Shown here piece after piece: positions 47,990 through 57,626 of a stretch of 64,000 nt of DNA (within the stretch, counting starts at the first letter, position 1; every line of letters begins with the position of its first letter). The stretch is from an uncultured Gemmatimonadaceae bacterium (lineage in GTDB: Bacteria > Gemmatimonadota > Gemmatimonadetes > Gemmatimonadales > Gemmatimonadaceae): the NCBI GenBank assembly GCA_963790305.1, contig CAWBOC010000007.1:32001-96000 (forward strand), written 5' to 3'. Below the pieces are notes generated by a model. It did not search any database. It was not told where the DNA came from and saw only the letters and a list, made by a program, of their open reading frames with translations. The position numbers were made by a program, and so were the translations under genes.

Positions 47990-49207
47990 ATGAAAGCAAT
48001 CTCCTTTGCGGCGCCGATCCCGACCTATCTCGCGACGTTGCTGGCCGGGAAGGTCAACGATGCCCTCTACACCGGGCCGCACGCGTGCACACGACTCGGT
48101 GACGTCGAGACCCCCGCGCTGCCAACGGATCGATGGGTACGCGTGCGCACCCGGATGGGTGGGATCTGTGGGAGCGACCTCAACGTCATCACGCTCAAGG
48201 CCTCGCCGTCGACGTCGCCATTCTCCTCATTTCCGTTCGTGATCGGTCATGAGAACGTCGGCGAGATCGTCGAAGTCGGGCGCGGCGTTCGTGATGCTCG
48301 CGTCGGAGAGCGGGTCGTCGCCAATCCCCTGCTCTGCTGCGAGCCCCGCGGGCTCGAGCCCGCCTGCGACGCATGCGCGGCTGGCCATCACTCGAGGTGC
48401 GCGCGTTTCACCGACGGCGCTCTTGCGCCGGGGATGCTGATCGGCACGACGCGCGGACTTGGCGGCAGCTGGGGGGAAATGTTCGTCGCGCACGAGACGC
48501 AGCTCGTTCGCGTCGGCGACGCAGTGACCGACGAGGAAGCCGTTCTCGTCGAGCCCTTTGCCTGCTCCGTGCATGCCGTTCGCTCGGCGATGCCTGTCTC
48601 GGGCGAGCGCGTGCTGGTGATCGGTGCGGGCTCGATCGGGCTGCTCACCGTCGCGGCATTGAAGGCCCTCGCGCCGGCGTGTCATGTGACGGTACTGGCC
48701 AGGCACGCCTTTCAAGCCGAGCACGCGACGCGCCTCGGCGCGAACGGTGTCGTCTTCGCGCGCGGCGAATACCTGGGCGCACTCGCCGAGGCGGGTCAGA
48801 CGCGCCTGTTGAAGCCGATCATTGGGAAGCCCGTCGGCGTGGGCGGCTTTCACAAAACGTTCATCTGCATTGGCGGGGCACGAGCGACGGACGACGCGAT
48901 GCGCGTCACGCGCGCTGGAGGGACCCTCGTGCTGTTAGGCAACTCCGCGAAGATGGACGGCATTGACTGGACGCCCCTCTGGCTCAAGGAGCTGACCGTG
49001 CGCGGCTCGTTGTGCTACGGGGAGCACCGGCACGGGTCGCCCACCCGGGATGCGTTTCGCGAAGCCGCCGACCTCATCGCCGCGCGTCGCGTAGCGCTCG
49101 CGCCTCTCCTCACGCATGTGTATTCGCTCGCGGACTATCGGAACGCGCTTTCGACGGCGATGGACAAGAAGGGGTCGGGAAGCATCAAGGTGGCGTTCAG
49201 GTTCTAG
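47990..49207 (+). CDS. Zinc-dependent medium-chain dehydrogenase/reductase
   Basis: GICGSD, GHE, structural Zn cysteines, GAGSIG. Confidence 0.93.
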   Translation: MKAISFAAPIPTYLATLLAGKVNDALYTGPHACTRLGDVETPALPTDRWVRVRTRMGGICGSDLNVITLKASPSTSPFSSFPFVIGHENVGEIVEVGRGVRDARVGERVVANPLLCCEPRGLEPACDACAAGHHSRCARFTDGALAPGMLIGTTRGLGGSWGEMFVAHETQLVRVGDAVTDEEAVLVEPFACSVHAVRSAMPVSGERVLVIGAGSIGLLTVAALKALAPACHVTVLARHAFQAEHATRLGANGVVFARGEYLGALAEAGQTRLLKPIIGKPVGVGGFHKTFICIGGARATDDAMRVTRAGGTLVLLGNSAKMDGIDWTPLWLKELTVRGSLCYGEHRHGSPTRDAFREAADLIAARRVALAPLLTHVYSLADYRNALSTAMDKKGSGSIKVAFRF

Positions 49208-49808
49208 GACCCTCAGGGCTCTCAGCGTCCGCAGTGTCAGCGCCCTTGGACATGTAGGTCCCAGTCGCGTTCTCGATCTGAGACGTGAGCTGACGCTCGA
49301 TACCCTCGGCGTCGAGCGGCTTCATCATGTCGGCGAGCTCGGGATCCTCGGCCAGCTTGTGCCCCAGTCGCTGATACAGGCCGGCGACGAGCTGAAGGGT
49401 CTTGGTGACCTCCTCCTCGGCACGCATCAGCACCTGGAGGGTGATCTCCTCGCGCAGCTCGGCGACACTCGACTCCCGACGCTGCGCCATCAGCACGAAG
49501 ATCGCGAGGAAAATCGCCTCGAGTGACACGATCATGGTGAGGAGCCCAAACGGAAACGGATCGATCGGGGTGAGACCGGGGATGTACCCCGTATTCCAGA
49601 GAATCCACGTCATGAACCAGAGGGCGTGGACGGCGAGGAAATAGCCGGAGCTCGCGATCCGCGTTAGGCGGTCGGCGGCGGTCTCGAGCGGGCTGCGTCG
49701 GGCGGCGTGCCGCGCCTTGACGGCGCGCACCGCCCGATTGGTGACCGCCGAGCGCTGTCGGCGCTCCGGAGACGGCTGGCGGGACGGGGAGGAGCGTCGG
49801 TCAGGCAT
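49197..49808 (-). CDS. DUF1003 family membrane protein
   Basis: WILWN...DPFPFGLLTMIVSLEAIFLAIFVLMAQ. Confidence 0.9.
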   Translation of the reverse strand: MPDRRSSPSRQPSPERRQRSAVTNRAVRAVKARHAARRSPLETAADRLTRIASSGYFLAVHALWFMTWILWNTGYIPGLTPIDPFPFGLLTMIVSLEAIFLAIFVLMAQRRESSVAELREEITLQVLMRAEEEVTKTLQLVAGLYQRLGHKLAEDPELADMMKPLDAEGIERQLTSQIENATGTYMSKGADTADAESPEGPRT

Positions 49809-49899
49809 TCAATGGCATGTCTGGTAAGTTCATGTACCACCGTCAATTGCCAACCACGTGCCAAACGGTCGCGCCTCCGACGGTCGGTCGGAACGGATT

Positions 49900-50181
49900 A
49901 TGCGAAATACGCGGCGAGTGCGCCGAAAGATCGGCGCGACCCTCGGAGAATCGAACGTGATCAAGAGCAGTGAGTTCAGCACGATTGCCGTGCTCGTGGC
50001 CGCGACCGCGGCTGTCGTCGTGGTTCAGCAGCACCGCGAGCGCGAGCGGCGCTTGCCTGCGCCACCCGCCATCGAGGCGGCGCCTCTGGCCCCATCGACC
50101 GACGCCCGTCTCGCGTCGCCGACGGGCGTCGATCTCGCTGTGACGTCGCCGTCTGCATCGCAGCCGGCGGGCGGACCCTAG
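49900..50181 (+). CDS. Possible small single-TM protein
   Basis: Hydrophobic IAVLVAATAAVVVV segment then Pro/Ala tail; start uncertain. Confidence 0.35.
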   Translation: MRNTRRVRRKIGATLGESNVIKSSEFSTIAVLVAATAAVVVVQQHRERERRLPAPPAIEAAPLAPSTDARLASPTGVDLAVTSPSASQPAGGP

Positions 50182-50435
50182 TTCTTCGGTAGCGGTCCTT
50201 CGAACTCAGCGCCGCCGCTTCCGGCTGACCCAAATTTTGGTGCGGTCACCTTGCCCGTCGTCGTGTGCGGCGGGTTTTTCTCATCCTGTCCGGTCGTCTT
50301 CGCGTCGCGATCACGCTTCTCGACCGTCTCGGGATGACCCGCGGCCTCGCGACGCGCGCGCTCGTGGTTCTCTTCCAGCTCGTCCAGCAGCTCTTCGCGC
50401 TCCGCGGCGCCGTCGAGGTTTCTGTCGTCAGTCAT
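50178..50435 (-). CDS. Small hydrophilic hypothetical protein
   Basis: AGGAG RBS; C-terminal PKFGSAGSGGAEFEGP; sigma54-like box TGGCACGGCCCCTGC at 50466-50480. Confidence 0.7.
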   Translation of the reverse strand: MTDDRNLDGAAEREELLDELEENHERARREAAGHPETVEKRDRDAKTTGQDEKNPPHTTTGKVTAPKFGSAGSGGAEFEGPLPKN

Positions 50436-50600
50436 CGTGGCTCCTGAAAGGGTCTGGTTTCGAGGGCAGGGGCCGTGCCACGCAGCAGCCACCGGGTGTT
50501 GAATGCGTGGGCTCGTGAGGCGCACGGCGCGCATTGTGCCCCTAGAGGGGGTAACCGCGAACGCGATCGTCCTGATGTTTCCCTTGCCTCGGAGACTGCC

Positions 50601-51263
50601 GTGTCGGACGCACTCGTGCTGGCCCGCAATGTGACGCGCATCGCAACGCTGAACGATCTGCTGCAGCTCGATCACGACGCCGTCGGCGCCTACGGCATCG
50701 CCATTGACGCGTTGACGGATGAGTCCCATCGCCAGACGCTCCGTGAGTTTCGCGCCGATCACGAGAGGCACATCGAGGAGCTCACGCGATTGATTCAGGA
50801 TCGCGGCGGAAAGCCGATTCAAGCGCCGCACCTACCGACGGGCATCTTCAAGCTGGCCGTTCAGAAAGCGGGCGCGCTCGGCGGGCAGACGGCGCTTCTT
50901 CTCGCCTTCAAGGCGAACGAGCGCCAGGGACGCGACAAGTATCGGCGCGTGGCGGAGAATTCGGACGATCTCGAGGTCGCCGACGTGCTCGCGCGCGCCG
51001 CCGACGATGAAGTGCGGCACTACGACTGGGCGGCGCGCACACTGATCGAGATGGGCGTCTCGCCGGATAGCACGACTGCGCGCGTCGAGCGCGTCATCGA
51101 GATCGGCAACGCCCGCGTTGCGGACGTCATGGAAGGACTCGAGACCGGCGCAATGGCGCTGTTCGAAGGAGCTCGACGCGGTACAAAGGCGAAGCCACTG
51201 CTCGTCGCCGTCGCGGCACTAGGGGCCGGACTGGTGGCGTCGACGTTCGGAAGACGACGGTAG
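50601..51263 (+). CDS. Ferritin-like domain protein (DUF2383/PA2169-like) with C-terminal membrane anchor
   Basis: LNDLLQLDHDAVGAY, DHERH, DEVRH; GGAG RBS before GTG. Confidence 0.85.
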   Translation: MSDALVLARNVTRIATLNDLLQLDHDAVGAYGIAIDALTDESHRQTLREFRADHERHIEELTRLIQDRGGKPIQAPHLPTGIFKLAVQKAGALGGQTALLLAFKANERQGRDKYRRVAENSDDLEVADVLARAADDEVRHYDWAARTLIEMGVSPDSTTARVERVIEIGNARVADVMEGLETGAMALFEGARRGTKAKPLLVAVAALGAGLVASTFGRRR

Positions 51264-51269
51264 AACAAG

Positions 51270-51360
51270 AATGCGGATGGCGGAATGCGGATGAAAAACA
51301 ACCCCCGGAAGAAGACTCATTTCCGGGGGTTGTCTTATTCGCATTCCGCAATCCGCATTC
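51270..51360. terminator. Bidirectional terminator hairpin flanked by GCGGAAT heptamer arms
   Basis: acaacccccggaa-N10-ttccgggggttgt between convergent genes. Confidence 0.75.
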
Positions 51361-51845
51361 TAGTGTTGTACGTCGATCGTGTGCCCCACCACGCCACCAA
51401 GCAAGCCACCCGCGGCCGCTCCGATCAACGCGCCCTTCACGTCCCGCGAGATCACGCTGCCGATCACCGCACCCGCCGTGGCGCCGATGAGCGCATCACG
51501 CTTCGTGTGGCGGACAGGCTCGCGGCGAGCCGCGGTCCCCGTCGACGCTCGCGCGGTCGTACGAGCAGGCGCCGGCGCACGGTAAATGGCCTGCTGCGCC
51601 ACTGGCTGCGGCGCGTACACTGGCCGTCCGTACTGGTCGTACAGCTGCTGTTGCGGCTGTCCGTATGGCTGGGCGTAGCCCATCTCCATCGGCGTCATGA
51701 ACTGCTGCTGCGGGTACTGCATCGACGCGGCCAGCGCCAGATCGCGCGTCAGCGCCTCGTCGAGCCGCTCCGAATCACTCTGACCGCCGCAGGCCGCCAG
51801 AACGGCGACCACCGGGACGATCATCCAACGAACGAATCTGGTCAT
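51360..51845 (-). CDS. Glycine-zipper lipoprotein
   Basis: Lipobox LAAC; Q/Y/P-rich linker; ALIGATAGAVIG...GALIGAAAGGLLGGVVG. Confidence 0.85.
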   Translation of the reverse strand: MTRFVRWMIVPVVAVLAACGGQSDSERLDEALTRDLALAASMQYPQQQFMTPMEMGYAQPYGQPQQQLYDQYGRPVYAPQPVAQQAIYRAPAPARTTARASTGTAARREPVRHTKRDALIGATAGAVIGSVISRDVKGALIGAAAGGLLGGVVGHTIDVQH

Positions 51846-52093
51846 GGCTCCTCCTCATGGATCCCTGCTACGACCGCCGCACTTTTGGCGGTCAACTGGC
51901 CCCTCTATAGGCACCGCCGGTGCCACCTATTAGGGGGCTCTGGAGGCCATGAACTGGGGGTGGCGTCCACCGGGGAGACATCTGTTGTCCCCCACCGAAG
52001 AATCGCAGAACCCCCCTGTGACCGGGGCCACAAACGGGTTGCCCGGGAGGCCTGCGCAGGGCCATCTTGCCGCCTGCACTCTCAAGGGGGCAC

Positions 52094-52699
52094 ATGAGTT
52101 TCCAGGACTTCGGCATTCGGCGCGGGATTGCGGTCGCGCTTCTTTCGACCGCAAGCGCCTCTGTCGCGCTCGCGCAGACGCCCGCCACACCCGTGGCCGC
52201 CGTGCCGACCGTTGGGTCGATCGCGCCCGATTTCACGCTCCCTGGCGCGACGCGCTACGGACTGCTCGCGTCGCCGGTGAAGCTCAGCGATTTCCGTGGC
52301 AAGACGGTCGTGATCGCTTTTTTTTACCAGGCGCGAACGAAGGGCTGAACTGTCCAAATGGAAGCGTACCGTGATCAGTACGCCACGCTCTTCAACGCCG
52401 GAAACGACGTAGTCGTCATCGGCATTAGCGCCGATGCCGATACCACGCTCGCCGCGTGGGCACGCGAATCGGACTTTCCAATGGTGTTCGCGAGCGACGT
52501 CGGCAACGAGGCCGGACGTCGCTATGGCTCGTTCGACGCTGCCCGCAAGCTCGACACGCGCAACCTGTTCGTGGTATCGCCCGAGGGACGGATCGCCCAC
52601 GTCATGCTGTCGTTCAAAGTGTTGTCACCTGACGCCTACACGGAGCTCGGGACTGCGGTTGACAAAAGCGCTGGCGTTGACGACTCCGCGCACAAGTAG
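52094..52699 (+). CDS. Exported AhpC/TSA (BCP-like) peroxiredoxin, selenocysteine-containing
   Basis: Signal peptide; APDFTL, LSDFRGK; TKG-TGA-TVQMEAYRD in frame with downstream GISAD and RNLFVV; UGA at 52346-52348 sits at the peroxidatic Cys position. Confidence 0.85.
52364..52383 (+). promoter_or_regulatory. Candidate bacterial SECIS hairpin
   Basis: GCGTAC-CGTGATCA-GTACGC starting 15 nt after the in-frame UGA. Confidence 0.55.
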
Positions 52700-52732
52700 C
52701 CGTTCGGCACACAACGGTCTCGCACCATCCCA

Positions 52733-53648
52733 GTGACGGCTCCGTTCACCCTCGGCGTCATCCAGCAGCGGGTGGCCGTCGACGCCGAGGCGACCGTCGC
52801 GGAGGCGATCGAGGACATCCGCGAGGCGGCGCGGCGCGGCGCGCAGGTGATTCTGCCTCCAGGAGCTCTTCAACGCACCGTACTTCTGCAAAGTGACGGA
52901 CGCGGAGCGCTTCGATCTCGCCGAGCCGATTCCCGGGCCCGACGGTGGAGCGGATGCAGGCGCTGGCGCGCGAGCTCGCCCTCGTGATCGTCGTCCCGAT
53001 CTTCGAGAAGCGAGCGGCCGGCGTCTACCACAACTCGGCCGCCGTCATCGACGCCGACGGCTCGCTCATCGGCGTGTATCGCAAGATGCACATCCCCGAC
53101 GATCCGCTCTACCACGAGAAGTACTACTTCACACCGGGAGAGATCTACCAGCACGGCGAAACCGCGACCGTGCAGACGGGCTTTCGCGTCTTCGACGACG
53201 CGTTATGCGACGCATCGGCGTGCTGATCTGCTGGGACCAGTGGTACCCGGAGGCCGCGCGCATCACCGCGCTCATGGGCGCGCAGGTCCTCCTCTATCCG
53301 ACGGCGATCGGGTGGCATCCGAAGGAGAAGGACGAGTGGGGGACGGCGCAGGCCGACGCGTGGCGCACGATTCAGCGCGCGCACGCGATCGCGAACGGCG
53401 TGTACGTCGCCGCGGCCAACCGCGTGGGGCACGAGCCGGAGCCGGGCACCGACGGGATCGAGTTCTTCGGCCACTCGTTCGTCGCCGACCCGTTCGGCCG
53501 CATGATCGCGGAGGCAGGCACCGAGCCGGCCATCCTGATCGCGGAGTGCGACCCGAAGCTGATCGAGTACACGCGACGGAACTGGCCTTTTCTGCGAGAC
53601 CGCCGGATCGACGCGTACGGTCCGATCCTGCAGCGGTACATCGGGTGA
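52733..53648 (+). CDS. aguB: N-carbamoylputrescine amidase-like carbon-nitrogen hydrolase (several indels)
   Basis: CLQELF (after frame correction), YRKMHIPDDP.Y.EKYYF, ICWDQWYPE, YPTAIGW, WPFLRDRR. Confidence 0.85.
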
Positions 53649-53659
53649 AAGATCAACGT

Positions 53660-53759
53660 CCGAAGACGTCAGGTGTCAGCGGTCAGGCGACGTCATCGCG
53701 CAGATGCCGTTGCCGTTTCTGATACCTGACACCTGACGTCTGACCCTGACGTCTTCGGA
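53660..53759. repeat. GTCAGGT/CTGACAC heptamer inverted repeat
   Basis: ccgaagacgtcaggtgtcagcggtcagg facing ctgacacctgacgtctgaccctgacgtcttcgg. Confidence 0.75.
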
Positions 53760-53761
53760 AG

Positions 53762-54900
53762 TTGCCCCTGCCATTGTCTACCAGATCTCAGAGAACGTGG
53801 CCCGCCGAGTGGGAACCCCACGCCGCGACGTGGCTCGGTTGGCCCCACCACGCGCCCGATTGGCCCGGCAAGTTCGAGCCGATCCGCTGGGTCTACGCCG
53901 AGATCGTGCGCGCACTTCACGGCTACGAGCCCGTCGAGATTCTCTGCCACTCGAGGAGATTCAGGAGCAGGCGCGGCGCCGCGCTGCGCTCCCACGGCGT
54001 TAGGCTCGACCGGTGCCGGCTGCATGTCGTTCCCAGCGATCGGGTTTGGCTTCGCGACTCGGGGCCGACCATGGTCTGGCGCGAGGACGGGAGCGTCGAA
54101 GCCGTGTGCTGGCGCTTCAACGCCTGGGCCAAGTACGACAACTACCGTGCGGACGCGCTGGTCGCGCCGGCGGTGGCGCGCCTCGCGCGAATTCCCGCCG
54201 CCGAAGCCGTTCGTCCCGACGACGGAAGCCGTCTCGTGCTCGAAGGCGGAGCGCATCGACACGAACGGCGCGGGCGTGCTGCTCGACGACGGAGGAGTGT
54301 CTCCTCTCGACGGTTCAGGAGCGTAACCCCGGACTCGATCGCGCTGGATACGAGCGCGCCTTCCGCGACTACCTGGGCATCCGACACGCACGATCTGGCT
54401 CGGCGAAGGGTGCGTCGGTGACGACACGCACGGGCACGTGGACGACATCGCGCGCTTCGTCGCGCCGAACACCGTCGTCCTCGCCTTCGAGGCCGATCCC
54501 GCCGACGCGAACCACGAGCGCTCCGTCGACAACCGCCGGCGACTCGAGCACGCCGCGCGACAGGTCGAGGGCGGCCTGCAGATCGTCGATCTTCCGTATC
54601 CCGCGTGCCGTCATCATGGACGGCGAGCGACTGCCGGCGAGCTACGCCAACTTCTACATCGCGAACGGCGTCGTGCTCGTCCCGACGTTCAACGACGTGA
54701 ACGATCGCATCGCGCTCGGCATTCTCGCCGAGCTGCTTTCCCGATCGCGACGTGATCGGGATCCACGCCGTGGATCTCGTATGGGGACTCGGCACCCTGC
54801 ACTGCCTGACCCAGCAGCAGCCGGCCGCTCAGGGCCCCTTTCAGCGAATCCCCGGCACCCCCTGATCCCTGACTCCCGACTCCTGACCCCTTCGCAGTAA
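53762..54900 (+). CDS. aguA: Agmatine deiminase (several indels; end approximate)
   Basis: [52 protein letters not shown] spread across frames. Confidence 0.88.
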
Positions 54901-55524
54901 CTCCATCACTTCCTCGTCCGTCGTCTGCGCGAAGTCATGGTACCACGCCCCAACGCCGAAGAAGCGGTCGGGGATCGCGACGCAGACGACGTCGTCCGCC
55001 TGACGAGCGACCGCCTGCGCGCCCTCGGGCGAGCACACCGGGGCCGCCAGGACGAGGCGGCGCGGGCGCTGAAGACGCAGCGCCGTCAGTGAGGCCAGCG
55101 CAGTCACTCCCGTGGCCAGACCGTCATCCACCAGCACTACCGATCGTCCCTCGATGCGCGGGGGAGGACGATCTCCGCGAAAGCAGCGGAGCCGTCGCTC
55201 GAGCTCAGCCAGCTCCTTCCGCGTGACCTCCTCGATGTACGAGTCGCTCACGCCGAGCATCCGGATCGCCTCGGCATCGAGGAACCGGGTTCCGCCAGGC
55301 GCAACCGCACCGATCCCCAGCTCCTCATGTCCGGGCGCACCGAGCTTCCGCGCGATGAAGAGGTCGAGTGGTGCGTCGATGGATCGCGCGACCTCGTAGC
55401 CTACCGGAACGCCGCCGCGCGGGATCGCGAGCACAAGCGGATCTTCGTCCCGGATTTGGGGCAGCCGTCGCACCAGCTCCGAGCCCAGGCGCCTCCCCGC
55501 CTCCACACGATTCGGAAACAGCAT
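54841..55524 (-). CDS. Phosphoribosyltransferase family protein
   Basis: [34 protein letters not shown]. Confidence 0.92.
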   Translation of the reverse strand: MLFPNRVEAGRRLGSELVRRLPQIRDEDPLVLAIPRGGVPVGYEVARSIDAPLDLFIARKLGAPGHEELGIGAVAPGGTRFLDAEAIRMLGVSDSYIEEVTRKELAELERRLRCFRGDRPPPRIEGRSVVLVDDGLATGVTALASLTALRLQRPRRLVLAAPVCSPEGAQAVARQADDVVCVAIPDRFFGVGAWYHDFAQTTDEEVMELLRRGQESGVRDQGVPGIR

Positions 55525-56189
55525 CAGTCGCCTTTGCCCAGGTACTTCGCGAACCAGGAGGACGCCAATCGCGATACGACCTCGAGCGTCCCCGGCTCCT
55601 CGAAGAGATGCGAGGCACCGGGTACGATCTCGAGCTTCTTCGCGCACCGCAGCTGAGCGAGCGCATCCTCGTTGAGCGGGATGACCGGCACATCGCGGCT
55701 ACCGACGATGAGAAGGGTCGGCGCCTTCACGTCGGCGAGATGCTCTCCCGCCAAATCAGGGCGGCCGCCACGCGAGACGACCGCGGCGACGTGGTCGGGC
55801 AGCTCCGCCGCCGCAACGAGCGCCGCAGCAGCGCCCGTGCTGGCGCCGAAGTATCCCACGTCGAGCGATCGCGTTTCCGCGGTCTCCGCGAGCCACGTTG
55901 TCGCTGTCTCGAGACGCTTCGCGAGAAAGGCGATGTCGAACCGTAGCTGTCCGGTCCCGGCATCAACACGTTCCTCCTCTTCGCTGAGGAGATCGATGAG
56001 AAGCGTCGCCAGCCCGGCATCCTGAAGCGACCGCGCGACGAAGTTGTTCCGCGAGCTGAGGCGCCCGCTACCACTCCCGTGCGCGAACAGCACCACGCCG
56101 CGCGCACCTTTCGGAACGCCGAGGAGGCCTCGTAACGTCACCGAGTCACTCGCAACCGTCACGTCACGCCCGCTCACCACTGCCGCCAT
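55524..56189 (-). CDS. Dienelactone hydrolase-like alpha/beta hydrolase
   Basis: FAHGSGS, GASTGA, SRGGRPDL, GASHLFEE; commonly paired with this PRTase family. Confidence 0.9.
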   Translation of the reverse strand: MAAVVSGRDVTVASDSVTLRGLLGVPKGARGVVLFAHGSGSGRLSSRNNFVARSLQDAGLATLLIDLLSEEEERVDAGTGQLRFDIAFLAKRLETATTWLAETAETRSLDVGYFGASTGAAAALVAAAELPDHVAAVVSRGGRPDLAGEHLADVKAPTLLIVGSRDVPVIPLNEDALAQLRCAKKLEIVPGASHLFEEPGTLEVVSRLASSWFAKYLGKGD

Positions 56190-56237
56190 GTCACCATCCT
56201 CAGGCCAGATGAGCTATGCGCCGCAAGGCGGGTGCCG

Positions 56238-57182
56238 TCATGGGCTGCGGCGCGCCTCCGCAGGGCTGCTCAGAATTGGCAGTCGCGCGAGCGCGGTATC
56301 GACCAGCGCACGGATGAGGACACTGTCCGTGGGCAGCAGGTGACCGGTGCGAAGCCAGATGAGCGTCTTGGGCTCGCGCGCTGCGTCGTAGAGTGATTCC
56401 ACCGCATCCCGCGGCATTTGCGGGTCGTCGACGCCGTTGATCATCAGCACCGGTCTCGGCGCAATCAGCGCGACATGGCGCTCCGGCTCGAATTCGCGAA
56501 ACGCTCGTGTCGCGAGCCATGCCGCCGGACGACGGAGAAATCGCGGCCGAAGCGTGACGTTGGCCGCCATGACCGTCGCGAAATCGCCCGCGCCGTAGAT
56601 CAAGCCGACATCGCGGAACCGCGAATCCATGACCGCCGCGATCGTCGCGAACGGCACCGCGAACGACGTGGCAACGATCCCTACGCGAGCCGCGTCGACG
56701 TCCTCGCGCAGCGACAGCCACTCTCCGGCCAGCGAAAAGGACGCCGGGATGAGGCGCGCTGCCTTTCGAATCGTGCCGCCGTTGAACACCAGGTCCTTCA
56801 CGCCAACGGTGTACGGAATCGCCTCCGGATAATCGACCGACAGCACGACGACATCGCCGAACTCGGGCGGCAGGTAATCGATGGCGCTCGAATTCAGCTC
56901 ACGCCCGTCGTTGAGCAGAATCGCTGGGCCTCGCGTGGGCGACGCTGGTCGCAGCAAGCGGCCCGTCACCTCGAGGCCAGTCGAGCTGAGAAGGCGCACG
57001 CGCTCGAGCGCGTATCGCCCACGCGAGCCGGCGGATGTCGTCTCCGCCGCAACGAGCCGCCCTCGCAGGAGCATGTAGTCGTCGTACTGCCGCGCCGCAT
57101 CGGCACGACCGCAGGCGAGGAGTGAAAGGAGCAACAACGCGCTCGTCGCCACGGACCTTCCGTTCACGGACACAACGATCAT
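56238..57182 (-). CDS. Exported alpha/beta hydrolase-fold lipoprotein
   Basis: Lipobox LLAC; ATSFA nucleophile elbow, GVDD, TGH; start approximate. Confidence 0.75.
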   Translation of the reverse strand: MIVVSVNGRSVATSALLLLSLLACGRADAARQYDDYMLLRGRLVAAETTSAGSRGRYALERVRLLSSTGLEVTGRLLRPASPTRGPAILLNDGRELNSSAIDYLPPEFGDVVVLSVDYPEAIPYTVGVKDLVFNGGTIRKAARLIPASFSLAGEWLSLREDVDAARVGIVATSFAVPFATIAAVMDSRFRDVGLIYGAGDFATVMAANVTLRPRFLRRPAAWLATRAFREFEPERHVALIAPRPVLMINGVDDPQMPRDAVESLYDAAREPKTLIWLRTGHLLPTDSVLIRALVDTALARLPILSSPAEARRSP

Positions 57183-57254
57183 TCGTGTCTCTCCCGCCAT
57201 CGGTCTGGGGCGTATTCTTTGCATACTCAGCGCCGCGGCCGCGAGGAGAACGTC

Positions 57255-57626
57255 GTGAAGATTCTGCTGTTGTCCGAGGAGCGCATTCGTCTCGAGGGAA
57301 CCCCGGGTCCGTTGACCATCGAGGCCGACCGTCCCGACGCGCAGTACTCGCCCTTTCACATGCTCGCCAGCGCTCTGGCGATGTGCGTCCTCTCCGTGCT
57401 CGCCTCATGGGCGGAGCACGCCAAGCTCGACGCGTCAGGACTCACGCTCGAAGTCGACTGGCGCTTCGCCGAGAAACCGCACCGCGTCGGCGAAATGGAT
57501 CTGAAGATCATCTGGCCGCAGCTACCTCCCGAACGGCGCGCCGCCGCGGAACGGGCCGCGCATCTCTGCGCGATTCATAACACGCTCGCGAACGCCCCGA
57601 CGGTGTCGACGGAGATCGCCTCATGA
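57255..57626 (+). CDS. OsmC family protein
   Basis: SPFHMLASALAMC ... CAIHNTL; GAGGAG RBS. Confidence 0.9.
   Translation: MKILLLSEERIRLEGTPGPLTIEADRPDAQYSPFHMLASALAMCVLSVLASWAEHAKLDASGLTLEVDWRFAEKPHRVGEMDLKIIWPQLPPERRAAAERAAHLCAIHNTLANAPTVSTEIAS

Noticed and set aside
52733..54900. Programmed frameshifting or pseudogenes in aguB/aguA
   Set aside because: Multiple scattered single-base indels without slippery sites and with intact motifs; sequencing error is more parsimonious.
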